A DNA stretch of 63,751 nt, counting the filler, from Collodictyon triciliatum (taxonomy: Eukaryota), in the NCBI GenBank assembly GCA_043381765.1. It is 5 parts of 5 records of this genome, joined end to end, with 100 filler letters (N's around TTAATTAATTAA, not from the genome) between each part and the next. Parts side by side here need not be neighbours in the genome. Positions count along the whole stretch, not along the records: positions 21,704 to 43,300 come from JBHJMP010001182.1; positions 43,401 to 54,818 come from JBHJMP010001202.1; 3 more parts are not named here. One strand, 5' to 3'. The notes below the pieces were generated by a model. That model was not told the origin of the DNA. It ran no database searches and saw nothing but the letters and a program-made list of their open reading frames with translations. The translations under genes and the position numbers were made by a program. Of the stretch, positions 36,301-49,000 are shown piece by piece (positions within the stretch are counted from its first letter, which is position 1; the number at the start of each line of letters is the position of its first letter).

Positions 36301-37405
36301 AAAAATGAAAAATGAAAAATGAAAAATGAAAAATGAAAAATGAAAAATGAAAAAATGAAAGATGAAAGATGAAAAATGAAAGATGAAAAATGAAAAAAAG
36401 GAAACCTCTCATTGCCGGGATTTGCACCGTCGCTGAGGCACATGCGATAGTGGATGCCATCCGACTCGTACTCGAAGGCGCCTTCAAGCAGCGGGGGGAT
36501 GGACTTTCCCGCAAAGGGGACAGCGATCTCAGCCACGATTGTGGCGATGGCGTCGTGGGCAGCGGCGGCAAAGGCGGAGAGAATCTTTGCGATGCGCTCG
36601 TGGCGGTGGACGCCGGGGTCGTCGGCGAGGATGGCCTGAAACGTGTCGTTGAGAGACTGGGCCAGGTCGTCGGCCGAAGCAGAAGCCGAAGCAGAAGCTG
36701 AAGCTGAAGCGTAGACCGGGGTCGGCCAGTGCGGCAGCCGCGGCGCTTGGATCATGGCGGGCAGGGCATCGACAGCCTGGCCCCGGAACGACGTGCGCAC
36801 GTGGAGCGACGCCCCGGCGGCGGACCGGAACGAGTTGCTGCGCGACAGCGGCCGATCGCTCACCACTGCTGCTGCTCCTGTTCCTGCTCCTGTTCCTGCT
36901 GTGGAGGAGGCAGTCGACAGCCGCACGGGTCCGGCTGAGAAGTAGCTTGCAGGTGGCGGCTGCAGGTCGCTCGCGTCCGACCGGAACGAGTTGCTGCGGG
37001 AGAGGCTGCCCGGGGCCGCTGTTGCCTCCGTGAAGAAGCGCGGCTCCTGCGCAACGGCCTGCATCTGCAGCGGCGACTGGAGCTGCATGGCCGCAAGGGC
37101 GTCTGCCACTGTGTGCGTGTTGCTTGTTGGTCTGCTGTTTTTCTTCCCTCTTTTTGCTCCTCTTTTTCTTTTTTTTTCTTTTGTTTTTTCTTTTCTTTTT
37201 TTTTTGTTCTTTTTTTTCTTTTCCTTTTTTCTTTTTTTCTTTTCCTTTTTTCTTTTTTTTCTTTTCTTTTTTTTCTTTTCTTTTTTTTGTTCTTTTTGTT
37301 TCGTGTTTCGTGGGGGCGGAGGGTAGAGAATGTGCAGGCGCAATACTCACGCGACGTGTGCGGGCCTTGGGGTGGGGCGTGGAAAAATTGCTGAGGGCGA
37401 TCCAT
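33344..37405 (-). CDS. Clu/CLUH-domain protein with C-terminal TPR array, 5 exons
   Basis: Exon 1 MDRPQQ...TS joins LADALAAMQ through a GTGAGT...CAG intron. Clu motifs HYGYRFVA, LIYGSLDGG, GHIGQDGRYY..SRLYPP, RMRPEFV, LHRNGINMRYM. Kinesin-light-chain-like TPRs (LGPTHPDVG, FGPDHIETA). Stop TAG at 33344. Confidence 0.9.
36298..36399. repeat. (AAAAATG)n/(GAAAGAT)n intronic microsatellite
   Basis: Direct reading. Confidence 0.92.
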
Positions 37406-37988
37406 CCTGTGACCTGCTGGGGAAACAAACAGGGTTGGTGGGTGGCGGTCGGGTGGCTTCTGCTCGTTGCTCTCAAAGGTCGCGGAGCTGCTTCATTCTG
37501 CGACGATCGAGCTTTGTGCGATCCTGCCTGTGCGTCTTGTGTTCGCTGCGAGTGGAGCTTTTTGTGGAAGTCAGGTTTGGTATGTCTCCGCCGAGGTCTA
37601 ATTTTGTTCTGCCTCTGCTTATGAAACGGCAGCTTTTCCTTTCCTCCCATTGGCGGGTGGATGCGAATGTCGTGACTGGGTTGGTGTTGATAAAATTGCT
37701 TCTTTCTTTCTTTCTATCTTTCTTTTTTTTCTTTTTCATTCAGAGGGAGAAGACAGGGAAATGTATGTGTGGATTGCTTTGGGGGTGATGGTGAGATAAA
37801 GAAAAGGGAAAAGCAAAAAGCTGCAAGAAAAAGATGTAAAGGCTGAGAGGGCGCCTCTTTCCGTGAGTCTTGTCCTGTGGATTTCCCGTCTTCTTTTCCA
37901 GGTGAACAGTAAATAATGGATCAAGTCCTGTTCAATATCTATGGTGGTGCTTTTTTTTTCTTCTTCATTGGCTGCTTCAGTAAGCACG

Positions 37989-39618
37989 TCAGCAGCATTT
38001 ACTTGTCTCGTCTCCTTCGGACGTTTCGATTTGGGTGGATGACGAATGGGGCTGCGCCGGGATGGAGCGATGGACCATTATCAGTTGCTTTGCAACACTC
38101 GCAAACAATTCGTCCACGCCTATTTGATGATGTTGATTATTTTATCATGGCAATATACAGCACTGAACACAATCGAAAGAAAAAATTATGGAGAAAACCA
38201 AAATAAATACCTGTATTCAGCCGAGCCGATGTTTCAAAAACTGCTGCTCTGATTGATTCCGAATACTCTGTGTGAATCCATTCGTCAGCATTATTTATCT
38301 GAAAATTAAATGTATCTCGCAACCCTTGCCTTTGGAACCATGGCGCATACTTGGATGAGTAAATGTCATAATGAAGACAAACCTAGGACTCGTTTTGGGG
38401 GCACCCTCCTTTGCTCTGCCATATCAATCTTGTTCGCTGCGATGGCAATTACTGGTATGTTTGGTATCGAGAGCTCTGCCTTAGTCATCTTTATCTTTCA
38501 CATATTATAAACAATCATTTCCGGTTCAATTTTCGTACTTCCTTAAAAAGAAAGGAAGAAAGAAGTACCAAGATTGTCTTCCGTGTTTTGTCTCAATTCG
38601 GTGACCCAGCCTTTCAGTTTTTCAAAGCTTTGCTCGTTGGTAACATCAAAAACAACTATGGCTGCTGCAGCTCCACGATAGAACATGGGTGCCTAAATTG
38701 ATTGAAACATGGAAATGAAAGAGGAGATAAAAAAAAAAGGAATATTACATTTGGTTTGGTTGATGTAACAGACAAGAATGGGATGAAAAAGGAGGAAGAA
38801 AAGAAGGAAAGGGGTGTGTTTTCAGCTAAAGTTTGAGGAGAAACAAACCAAGGAACGGAATCTAAATGAAAAGTCTAAATTAGATTATAAAAATTTTGGC
38901 TTCAAGGCGGATTAATATGAATGAAATACAACATCACACTTTCCATTTTAGGCGATATCATGTGTACCTCAGCAGCTACATACATTTGGGAAAAAACAAT
39001 TTGATGGAAATAGCATAGAGCAAACCTCTCTTGACCCGCAGTGTCCCATATTTGAAGCTTGACTTTTGAACCATCAACGAGACTACGTTTCAAAATTGAT
39101 GTATTTTGCATAGATTCAAATTTGAGTAATTGTTAAACTTTAGAAAAAAAGACACTTCTTTCTTAGGAATCGCATGCAGACACAAATCTCCTAGATCACA
39201 CGTCATAGGAATTGAATTGCATTCTTACAATCGCTTGGTAAAGAAGGAGGCACCCACAGTGCTCTTGAGGGAGGTTGTAAAATGGCCGTCGACATAACGC
39301 ATGACCAAGCTAGACTTTCCGACACCTTTTTATAGGGGTCATATACGAATTGAGAATAAAGAATACGTGTCGCAAAATGGTAACAAGAATCGAATCTAGA
39401 ACTCCTATGTTCGACTGGAAGAGCAACAGTAAATTATAATAGAATTAATTAATAAATTCGTCACAAATGCCTGAAGACAATCGGCTTATATAGATATGCG
39501 TATGCATTTTAAATTTGAAGAGATGCCAGCCATTAAGGGACGTGCAATATATATAAAAAAAAATACCAGAGTCGCCAAGCATCACTACTTTGGCGACCAA
39601 ATGCTGTGAACCGTCCAT
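37989..39618 (-). CDS. Rab GTPase, Rab5/21/22-like, 8 exons including a 13-nt micro-exon
   Basis: KVVMLGDSG|VGKSSL, TVGASF, WDTAGQER|FRSL|APMFYRGA, AANKID, FETSA, C-terminal SKCC-TGA prenylation motif. Confidence 0.93.
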
Positions 39619-42089
39619 ATTCTCATTCCCTAAAATATAATTGAAAAAAATCAACACCACAGAACCCCTTATTAACAGAAAGGTTAACAAGCAGAGAATT
39701 TTCAATGAAATAAATATATCAATGATGACGTTGTGTCTCAATGACTAATGATAATGATGACGGGATATAGAAGCGTGATTAATGGGGGAGATAATCTCAA
39801 GTCTGCTGTGGGTTGTTGTAAAGAAAAACCTGGAGAAGGTATATCACTCGACTTGGGAGTAGACTGGTTGCGCTTTCCCGGGCTATTGGCAGACTCTGCA
39901 CGAAACGTCCTTCTTTAGGGGGAAGCTGAGTTAGAATGTGAAAAGGTGGAGTAGCGGCCTGCGTGTCTATCGGATTTGAGGACTTATTTCAAGGGGAATG
40001 ACGCCATTCAACGAGCAATGAACAGCAATAAGGAGCACCATAAACATGAAAGAAGCTAGTGGCTGAAAGGGAAAGAAGAAGTATACCGCTGCGCAAAATC
40101 ATCCCCTGCTGTAGCCATCGACTCCTGTGTTTAACGATCTAGGACCTGCACAGGGTTGAGGTTTTACGGGGAGTTAAAGTGGCATTTTCAGGACAATAAA
40201 GAGCATATCCCCGAGAAGCGAGCGTGGCATGCCAGGAGAGACTTGTATTGAACTCCTTCAAAAAAAAAAAAACTTTGCCGGGATCGGAAGAAGGGCAAAT
40301 CAAGGTAAATCGGGCAAGGCAAAGAGCCGATCCCTCACGGGCACAGGAGAAATATTCTGCCAAACCGCAACAAAGGCAGGCTTTTTCGTGGCTAGTTGTG
40401 GGATGACACCTTTGGGACACTCATCATTTCAGGGGTTAGATCAGTCGAGATCGGTGGGATCATACGCACTGAGGAGGCACCCAGGAACACAACCCGCAAC
40501 GGCTGCGCATGTCCAGCAGTGTCGCTTGCGGCTGCGCGCAGAGGCTCTGTGTGATCAGCGCTGTGTGCGTTGTCTTTGGTTTGGGTGGCAGGCAGTGTAC
40601 ACATGCTCAATAAGGACCGACACAGCTAATGATACCAAATAAGTAATTGCGCACCAGCACGGGCGCGGGGGGAAGTGGCGAGCGCAGATGTAAACATTTT
40701 AGGTGGGTGTTGATGGGTCTCGGATGGCAGATGCAGAATACCCTAAGGATGAAGGACATATTCAAAGTGTGCAGCGGGCTAAGGGTTTTTTGCAACTTAC
40801 GCAATTTTCTTTGATTTTCATTCGATACCACAAAGAATCATCAATCTCACCAACACAGAGGGGTTTGTGGAATGAATAATCTCTGGTCATTTTATTCTGA
40901 AAATCAAGCTTGCATTCAAACCAGTATTATGCATTGTATCCCAAGTCTACAAATGATAAGCTTCTCTCTTTTTTTTTGTTTTCGTTCATGGACATGTGGA
41001 ATTAAAACATTGATTCCACCTCTCAATTCAATATCAAAAAGGTTGGAATAATATTTGTTTATCTTTAAATTCATAAAATGTCGATAATTTCCATTGTTTA
41101 AGCAGATTGGAATTTTCCTTAGATACGAATTTTAATCTCCATTGAAGCTCATTAACAGAGTTGTAAAAGAGGTTTGTTGATAAATACTTGTGTACATATT
41201 ATTATGGCTTAAAAAGCATAGCCACTTTACAAACGCTTTCAGGCGATTGTCATTCTGTGCATAAAACCAAACCACAATTTTTCGTTTTCCTTGATATGAA
41301 ACAAGTGGTCTACTTTTGAATCGGCTCAATTTTTATGAACGGCAAGTATGGTCGCCATCCCGAGCCATTAACAGTGGCGGTGTATAAGTTGCCATCCCTC
41401 CCTCCTCTGAGCAATTTTATCTTAAAAGGCAAAATACTGGGAACATGAATATAATTCTGGGATGAAATAGGGCTTAAATGGGCAAGAAAATAAAAAAAAG
41501 CGTTAGAAAAGCGAAATAATAAACGAAACGGGTAAAACTAATCTCGTTGCAAAAAGTTCTGGTATTCTCAAGAATCCTTATTATTTATTTTTTGAATATT
41601 CTATACGGCTGCTTATGGAAATATGATTTTTTTCGATGAAAATCAAACCAGTAATTTTCTCATGAGTAGTCTGTTGAAGTGCCAACCATTTGTCCTTTAA
41701 TGGGACTATCAAAACTAGCCTTTGTTTGCTTGGAGCCACTTGGGAACTGTGAAGCGGAGAAGTAATCGATAATCAGGAATTGCATCCTGCGGTTTGGCCT
41801 GTAGCCTGGATTTTTTTGCTTGCATGAGAGACAAGGCGAGGTTTAATATCTTTCTCAGCCTCTTTCCGCATGTCTCTTCTCAAAGGGTCTGGTAAATGGA
41901 GAACGTGCAGGTGGCGAAGAAAGCTGTTGAGGAAAGAGATTTGTGAGATGTCATCCAGCCTATTATCAGGAATGGGTGGCTGGTAGTTGAGTCTTGTTCG
42001 CGTAAGTATATGCGTGCTATCCACATAGTCCATAGCAAATGGCCTCGCGTCACTGCCCAGAATGTTTTTGACTCTGGACGCAGCTGTTA

Positions 42090-43300
42090 CTGAGGCCCGA
42101 ATATCCGGTTGTGGACCGAATATGATACCAAGACACTTGAGTAGATATGGAGGTGGCTTTCACACAATGTTTCCTGGAAACATCAGTCCATCCTGAAACC
42201 CAAAAAGAATTCCACCTGTCTTGTCATAGTTTGATTTCCCCGTCGACAGCTCGTGTGTATTCTCGTATGCATTTGTTGGCGAGTGTGGCGCCTTCGGGAG
42301 ACCGCAAGATGAATGCTGTGTCGTCTGCATATTGAAGTAGCAGTTGATTGCGTACCTTGTTTTCGTTTCGGAAGTGGTTTGCAATGCAGTTAGCGACAAA
42401 GTTGAAGAGCAGTGGTGCAAGTGGGCAGCCTTGATACACCCCGCTCTGTCTTTGAATGCATCCGTAGTTCTGTGTGCCGTGAGTACCCTCGCTGTTGCAT
42501 TGTCGTGCAATTTCTTGATAAGACTAGTGAATCCGGTACAGAAGCCTCTTTTCCGTAGGATGGTTTCCAGTGATTCCTGGTTCACATAGTCGTATGCTTT
42601 CTCCAGGTCGTAGGAAATCATAGCGCGGGGTGTCCCGCGTACTTGATATTCCATGTTCTCTTTGTTGACAACCCAGATGTTTTTGTCGATGTTCCTTCCG
42701 TTCATAAAGCACATCTGCTCTTTGGATATGAGTTTGTCAGCGATGGGTGATATGCGATTTCTGAGTAGCGTCGTAAATATCTTATAGTCGTTATTCAACA
42801 GTGATATTGGCCGCCAGTCTGCAAGATTGCTCGAGTTTCCTTTCTTCGGTATCAGCCGCACCGTGGCCTCTGTAAATCCTTGCGGTAGGTCGCCACCAGA
42901 CATGATTCCATTCAGAAAAGCCACTAAGGATGCCTTGACCTCATTAAAGAAAGCAGAGTATATTCCGTTGGGCAGCCTATCTGGTCCTGGCGCCTTTCCG
43001 TTGTGTAGCGACTTGACCGCTTTCCACAATTCGCCTGCATCTATTGGTGCTATCATGCTGGCTGCTTGCGAGGGTGAAGCCTTAGAGCAGTTTGTGGTGA
43101 TAAGCTCGAGAGTAGCAGCATCATAGTCTCGTCTTGACCACATCTTTGAGAAGAAGACGTGGGTGTTCTTTTTGTTGTTGCGAGGTAATAAATGATGCAT
43201 GTCCTCAGATGGTGTGCAGGACGGATACAAGGTCTTTTCTTTTTCCTTTCCTAGTCCAAAGAACCATTTCTCCATCTGCTCAAAGTCTCGCAAGTATCTC
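42090..43300 (-). mobile_element. Non-LTR (LINE, L1/Tx1-like) reverse transcriptase, frameshifted and cut by contig end
   Basis: KAPGPD, LIPKKG, WRPISLLNNDYKI, GRNI, DLEKAYD, then in another frame QGCPLAPLLF and LQYADD (frameshift near 42440), followed by KCLG in place of KYLG. Confidence 0.92.
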
Positions 43301-43400
43301 NNNNNNNNNNNNNNNNNNNNNNNNNNNNNNNNNNNNNNNNNNNNTTAATTAATTAANNNNNNNNNNNNNNNNNNNNNNNNNNNNNNNNNNNNNNNNNNNN
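43301..43400. other. Artificial contig linker
   Basis: 44 N + TTAATTAATTAA + 44 N. Confidence 0.97.
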
Positions 43401-43439
43401 AAAATTAAACAAATTAAAAATAAAAAAAAAAAAAAAAAA

Positions 43440-43478
<39 letters not shown>

Positions 43479-43873
43479 AGAACCTGGCGGATTAATGCTG
43501 GGCTTAAAGCCGAAGATTCTCTATAATATAACACAAATATCACTATGAATACCATAACAAAACATGTACGTTGCTGATTTCTTTGTGACAATACCCAGAA
43601 TAGTTAGACAATGAAAGCTCGCTGAACGAATCAACACGTTGTTGATAGCTGCCACTATATCTTTTTAGTTGGTCCTAATAAAATGGAAACATAACTATAA
43701 CTATTCTGGGCTATTACCAACATAGTGTGTTGTATTTTTGTGAGTTTGGGTGAAATAAAATAATCCTTATAACAGCACTTATTTATGCGGCACAATGCAC
43801 CTATTTTTTTCGAATATAAAATACTATCATGAATGTCGATGCTTTAATGAAAGAATAAAAGTATAATGGAAAC

Positions 43874-44486
43874 CTGACCATCCTGATATGAATTCTCCGA
43901 GCTTCCAACTTCAGATTCAATAGAGCCCGTCGGTGCAGTGCATAAATTGGAGTCCGACTCAGAGACATTAACGGATGGGTCACTGGAGGCACTCTAATGA
44001 GAAATTAAGAGTAAACAATAGTCTACTCAAAAAGGTATTTTTGTTGTTGGAAAATGTGTCTAAGTGCATTACAAAAGCTCTGTTTATTTATGTACATATT
44101 ATGTGTGACATAGAACCAGCTACAGGCGAGATACATGCAAAATAATATACTTGTCTGTTTTTAGGTACGAAGGAAAATAATACAATAGTGAATTTTTATA
44201 AAATGGGAATTTAGCAAACCATATCATGTGGTTCTTCAGATATTACAGAGAGGTCAAACATTCCTCTGGAAGATGGCCATGAGTACTCATCAGCAGAATC
44301 AATCACAGAACTGCTTTCAGGCACCTCCTTTTCCTTTGCAAATACAACCGTACACATATCTGCGTCGATTTGGACAATATCAATTATTCTGAGAGATTGA
44401 AATAGTTATATTCACATATCACCATAGACCAATTTCAACCTTCTGCGTCTTTTATCAGCAAAGGTGAACTCGTTTCCACAGTATCC
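43874..44486 (-). CDS. Internal exons of an unidentified Ser/acidic-rich gene
   Basis: Open stretches bounded by AG and GT: GYCGNEFTFADKRRRRLKLVYGD, IIDIVQIDADMCTVVF...EEPHDM, SASSDPSV...YQDGQ. No family recognised. Confidence 0.45.
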
Positions 44487-44852
44487 NNNNNNNNNNNNNN
44501 NNNNNNNNNNNNNNNNNNNNNNNNNNNNNNNNNNNNNNNNNNNNNNNNNNNNNNNNNNNNNNNNNNNNNNNNNNNNNNNNNNNNNNNNNNNNNNNNNNNN
44601 NNNNNNNNNNNNNNNNNNNNNNNNNNNNNNNNNNNNNNNNNNNNNNNNNNNNNNNNNNNNNNNNNNNNNNNNNNNNNNNNNNNNNNNNNNNNNNNNNNNN
44701 NNNNNNNNNNNNNNNNNNNNNNNNNNNNNNNNNNNNNNNNNNNNNNNNNNNNNNNNNNNNNNNNNNNNNNNNNNNNNNNNNNNNNNNNNNNNNNNNNNNN
44801 NNNNNNNNNNNNNNNNNNNNNNNNNNNNNNNNNNNNNNNNNNNNNNNNNNNN
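44487..44852. other. Scaffold gap
   Basis: Run of N. Confidence 0.99.
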
Positions 44853-45133
44853 CATAAAAACCTGGAAGTATGGAAAATAAAGTAAAACAATATAATTGAA
44901 GTCCTTTTGTCAAGAGATAAGACAAAGAAATGCCCGAGAAGTGACGGAAGACAGACCAGCGCCGGTGGCAAGAGCATACGATTCCTGCCAAAGCCCTTTC
45001 GCACCGTTGAGCCCAGTTCCGATTCCTCACGCCTCAAAGACACACGGGACGATCAAAATCCGAATGAAATCAAATGATTTAGACGAATTGTCATTTTTGA
45101 GCATATTCTCGGAAATTATTCACGGAATCGTGG

Positions 45134-45470
45134 ATGGATGAATTGCGGCATTTATCCTTATGTGGAATGTACATCGCCCAGGCGCGAGCAGGTTTCGCAG
45201 AGGCCACAACGCGGCTGACGTCAAAGAAAGGAAACTCGGGCATCCTTGCAGGCCGGTGGCCGATGCCGCTGATGGATAATGACTACAAGATATTTACGGC
45301 GCTAATCAGAAACCGCGTATCGCCCACCGCCGATAAATTCATTTCCATAGGGCTTGTTGGCTTCATCGATGGATGGAGCATCGACATAAACCCCTGGATT
45401 TTCGGTGTTGGGTGCATGGAGTATCAAGTGGGACACCCCGCGCTATGATTCTCTATGGCTTGCAGAAATA
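45134..45470 (+). pseudogene. Decayed fragment of the same LINE RT family as 42090-43300
   Basis: GFAEATTRLTSKKGNSG...DNDYKIFTALIRNRVSP aligns codon for codon with the first copy and shares the string GGGACACCCCGCGCTATGATT. Conserved motifs are eroded (WRPISLL to RWPMPLM). Confidence 0.88.
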
Positions 45471-45771
45471 AAAACCTAACAACAGCCACCATAAACAACA
45501 AACCAGGATGGCACTCACATCGCCCCATGTCTCTTACAGAGCTGTGTCACTGTATCTTTCTCGACTGAAGAACCAAAATCTATAATTAAGGTTGCAGCTC
45601 TGACACAGCATATGAAATTGCTTGTTTTGCATATTTTCAATTATATATCTTGGTGTGTGACTTATGAATATATGTATATCAGCTTGATATCGTATCAAGT
45701 ACAGACTTTCGGTGTATCAGCACTGCAACCACACAATACCAGATATACAGCTTTATGAGGCTCATCGACAG

Positions 45772-45932
45772 AAACAAACAAACAAACAAACAAACAAACA
45801 AACAAACAAACAAACAAACAAACAAACAAACAACACAACACAACACAACACAACACAACACAACACAACACAACACAACACAACACAACACAACACAACA
45901 CAACACAACACAACACAACAAAACACAACACA
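45772..45932. repeat. Compound (AAAC)n(AACAC)n microsatellite
   Basis: Direct reading. Confidence 0.95.
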
Positions 45933-46041
45933 CCCAACAAACCATACATGTCTCCTAAGACTCTCCTACATAGCGTCAACACCACACATTCCCAAAGCAC
46001 ATAGCTACGAGTCTTCAGATGCCCCGTATCTCGGAGCGACT

Positions 46042-49000
46042 TCAAGTCGGGACGTAAAAGATGGGCTGTGAATATCTACCGCGGAGTGATGGCGTTGGAC
46101 GACTGCTGGGCGCCTCCGAGACAAAAGACATGATGGATATGTTTGATGAGGACGTCAAATCCAGCCCGGCACTGGGGTTGGCATCGTGACTTTGGGTTGC
46201 AGCGGCTCCAGACACGGGATTTGCAGCTGGATTTCTGCTCTGCGTCTCATGATTGGCTGGCGACGATGGAGGAGACAAACCATACAGTCGATGTCTTTGC
46301 GGACGTTCATCTTCGCTTTCACGGTTCTTGAGCTGATTCTTTGATGGATTTTTGTGCAATAAATTAGTATCTGCCACAGAGTCGAGAGGTGGCTCTGCAG
46401 CCTCATCCAATTCTGCATTTGCTGTAGAATCGATATCCCCATCATATGTAGGCTGGCTTGATTGCGAGGCAGAGGCCCAGACTTCACGCTTCCTCTGTGC
46501 GAGCTTTGAGCCTGCCTGGCCCGGCGTCGTGGCTTTGAGGCGCTTTTCTGTCAGAAATAGATTGCTTGAGTCGCGTGAGCAAGGCGTAGTGGTAGACTCC
46601 GCTGTGGATGAGTTTGGAGATGCAAGGGGTTCGAGCGAGAGAGTACGCGCGCTTGGAATCTGCCTCGGAATGAGAGGTTGGGTCGAATGAGCGGTCGAGC
46701 CAAGCGCTATACTGGATAAGGACGGCGATAAGGCCGGTGCATCTTCTTCTGTCCCAGACGTGGATTTTAGGATGGACTGGAGAGATGGGATAACAGATAC
46801 AGACGATGATTGGATGCTGCTCAAGTCTGCCTTGCTTGATGCCACAGGAAGGCTCTTGGTTTTTGGTTGTGGGGATTTCACTACATGCTCGACCTTCTTC
46901 GATCCAATAGCACCGCCTGACCGGCCTGTTGCGAAGCGTTTTTCATGCAGTTCCTTTTGTTGCGCGTCAGTTACATGGGGTTGTGTGTTGTTAACTGTAA
47001 GCTTTCTGGGCGGCGTCATTTGTAAAGGGTGTCGGTTCAACGTCCTCGGGAAAGAAGATGCATCATTCGCCGGTGCTTTTGGCTTTGTGAGTTGTAGTGT
47101 GGATTCTATTCGCGTTAAATGTCAATTATGAGGTATTTACATTTATTTATCTATTTATGAAGGAAGATTAATGATGTTTGCTAAAAAGAAAAGAAGACTT
47201 TGTAATAAGTATTCAGATAAAGTCTTTGGTAAAATTTTAGACAGTAATATCATCTCGTCTATAATGAAGAAAAATATGATATTAAAAAAAAAAAAACAAA
47301 GGATGAACCTTGATATAAATGAAATTTAGTAAAATGGTAGAGGAAAGATTCATCAATTTAGTAATTGGTTCAGCTCACCATTTCGATTTCCATCTTTTTG
47401 AATCACAGTTTTGTTCGGGACGGATGATGAGCGAAGACTCATGATTGCCGGAGGCGGACGGGTAATCGTATTGGTTCTTTTGAAAGCAAGAGTTCTCCCA
47501 GGCGATCTGTTTTCGACACTAGTGTCTCCAGTTTGTATATGAGTGCGTGTTGAAACTGACGAATTTCGACCAGCCGTGACAGGTGATGTTCTTGTTGCGG
47601 ATGAACGACGACTCATACTCGTGCGACTTAAACCACTGCGAATGGTCGATGAAACAGGTATTCTGCCTGAGCGCGGGCTTTTGCTTGCAGGAACAGGTTC
47701 TCGAGAAGGATTTGTTGTTTGTCTGCCTCGGTTCCCTGTCGAGTTTGACCGACTCTGGTTCATGGCTGGCCTCTTTTTCTCAGTAGTTTGGCTTCTCTGC
47801 ATGTTCGACGTCTGACTAGTACTTAAGCTTTGCGTGGTGCTTCGACTAAATGTTTTGCCTGTTGTTTGATGCCGTGACTGGGCCAGACTCTGCGTATTAG
47901 ATGCGACCGAATTCATCGGAGATGGCGTTCGCCCTGATTGAAAAAATCCCCGCCGAAGTCCTGGTTTCGCTCGGACAGTCCCAGACGGGCGAACGGGCAT
48001 TGATTTGGGTCGAAGGCGTTTGCGGATGGATTCATAATCACGTGTATGGTCCCGAAGAAAAGGAGCGGACGGTGGCCTTCTGGTCTTACCTGAAGCCTGG
48101 ACTTCAGCCCAAGGTCTGTGTGGAACATAAGGGTGTTTTAAGCTTGGTTTAGTGGATATGAAAATTACAAAACCCTTTCCCTTGAATCAAATAAAGGGGA
48201 GGAAAAATAACTTGTTTTTAGTGATGATGTCGCTGGTATTTGTAGTTTTTCTTAAATAATTGCACCGGGTTATGCGTATTTTTTCTTATTATTATATGTT
48301 TTGGGAATAATACCTACCTTCGATAATTTCTAGACGTATCCCATTGTAAACGACTTGAAAACTAATAGATAGTGTTGTGGGATATGAGCTGATTGTTCAC
48401 AACGGGTACGACTAAAAGAGAACAGAGATAGAAAAAAAAGTAGAGAAAGAAGAATACATATATTTAATAAGATAAAGATTATATGACGGTTTATATAAAT
48501 AAAAAATTATGAACGGGTGCTATTTATCATTCTGAATTTCTAATTTTTTCGACGCACAATTGTGATTCTTGACCCAAATGTGCGTCCAGTACTTGGATCT
48601 GCAATTTCTCTCTTTGTAACTTGGGATGGCGCTGAATTGAACACCGCAGGTTAATAGATTTTCAATAATTTTAAAAAGAAACAATATCGATAATAAGGCA
48701 AAAATATGGCAATATACATGATTTATCAGTGCTACAAGGCAAAAATAATAAGAAAAGAAAAGAAAAGAAACTTCAGCAATCAGCGATTTTGGTCACTGAT
48801 TTTCATCGGTATATATACTCTACTTTCTGATAGCTGGTCAGAGGCACGTGTCTTTGATAACTGCGACCGTCTTGTGTAGTCAATCCTGGATTTTGACGTG
48901 TTTCGAGAGGGCTGCTCAGTCGAGCGAGTATCTACTAAACTCTCAACTGTCCCTTTTGACGGAGATTTCTCCACTGGCGCAACAAGAGACTCTCCAACCC

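Noticed and set aside
38312-38342. Intronic MVPKARVARY resembling the adjacent Rab segment VPPKRVLEY (possible mutually exclusive exon)
   Set aside because: No in-phase AG/GT boundaries, and the gene splices completely without it.
42090-45470. Diversity-generating retroelement (RT plus adenine-mutated repeat pair)
   Set aside because: The RT is LINE-type, the repeat is the RT gene itself, the copies are on different contigs, and many differences are at non-A positions.
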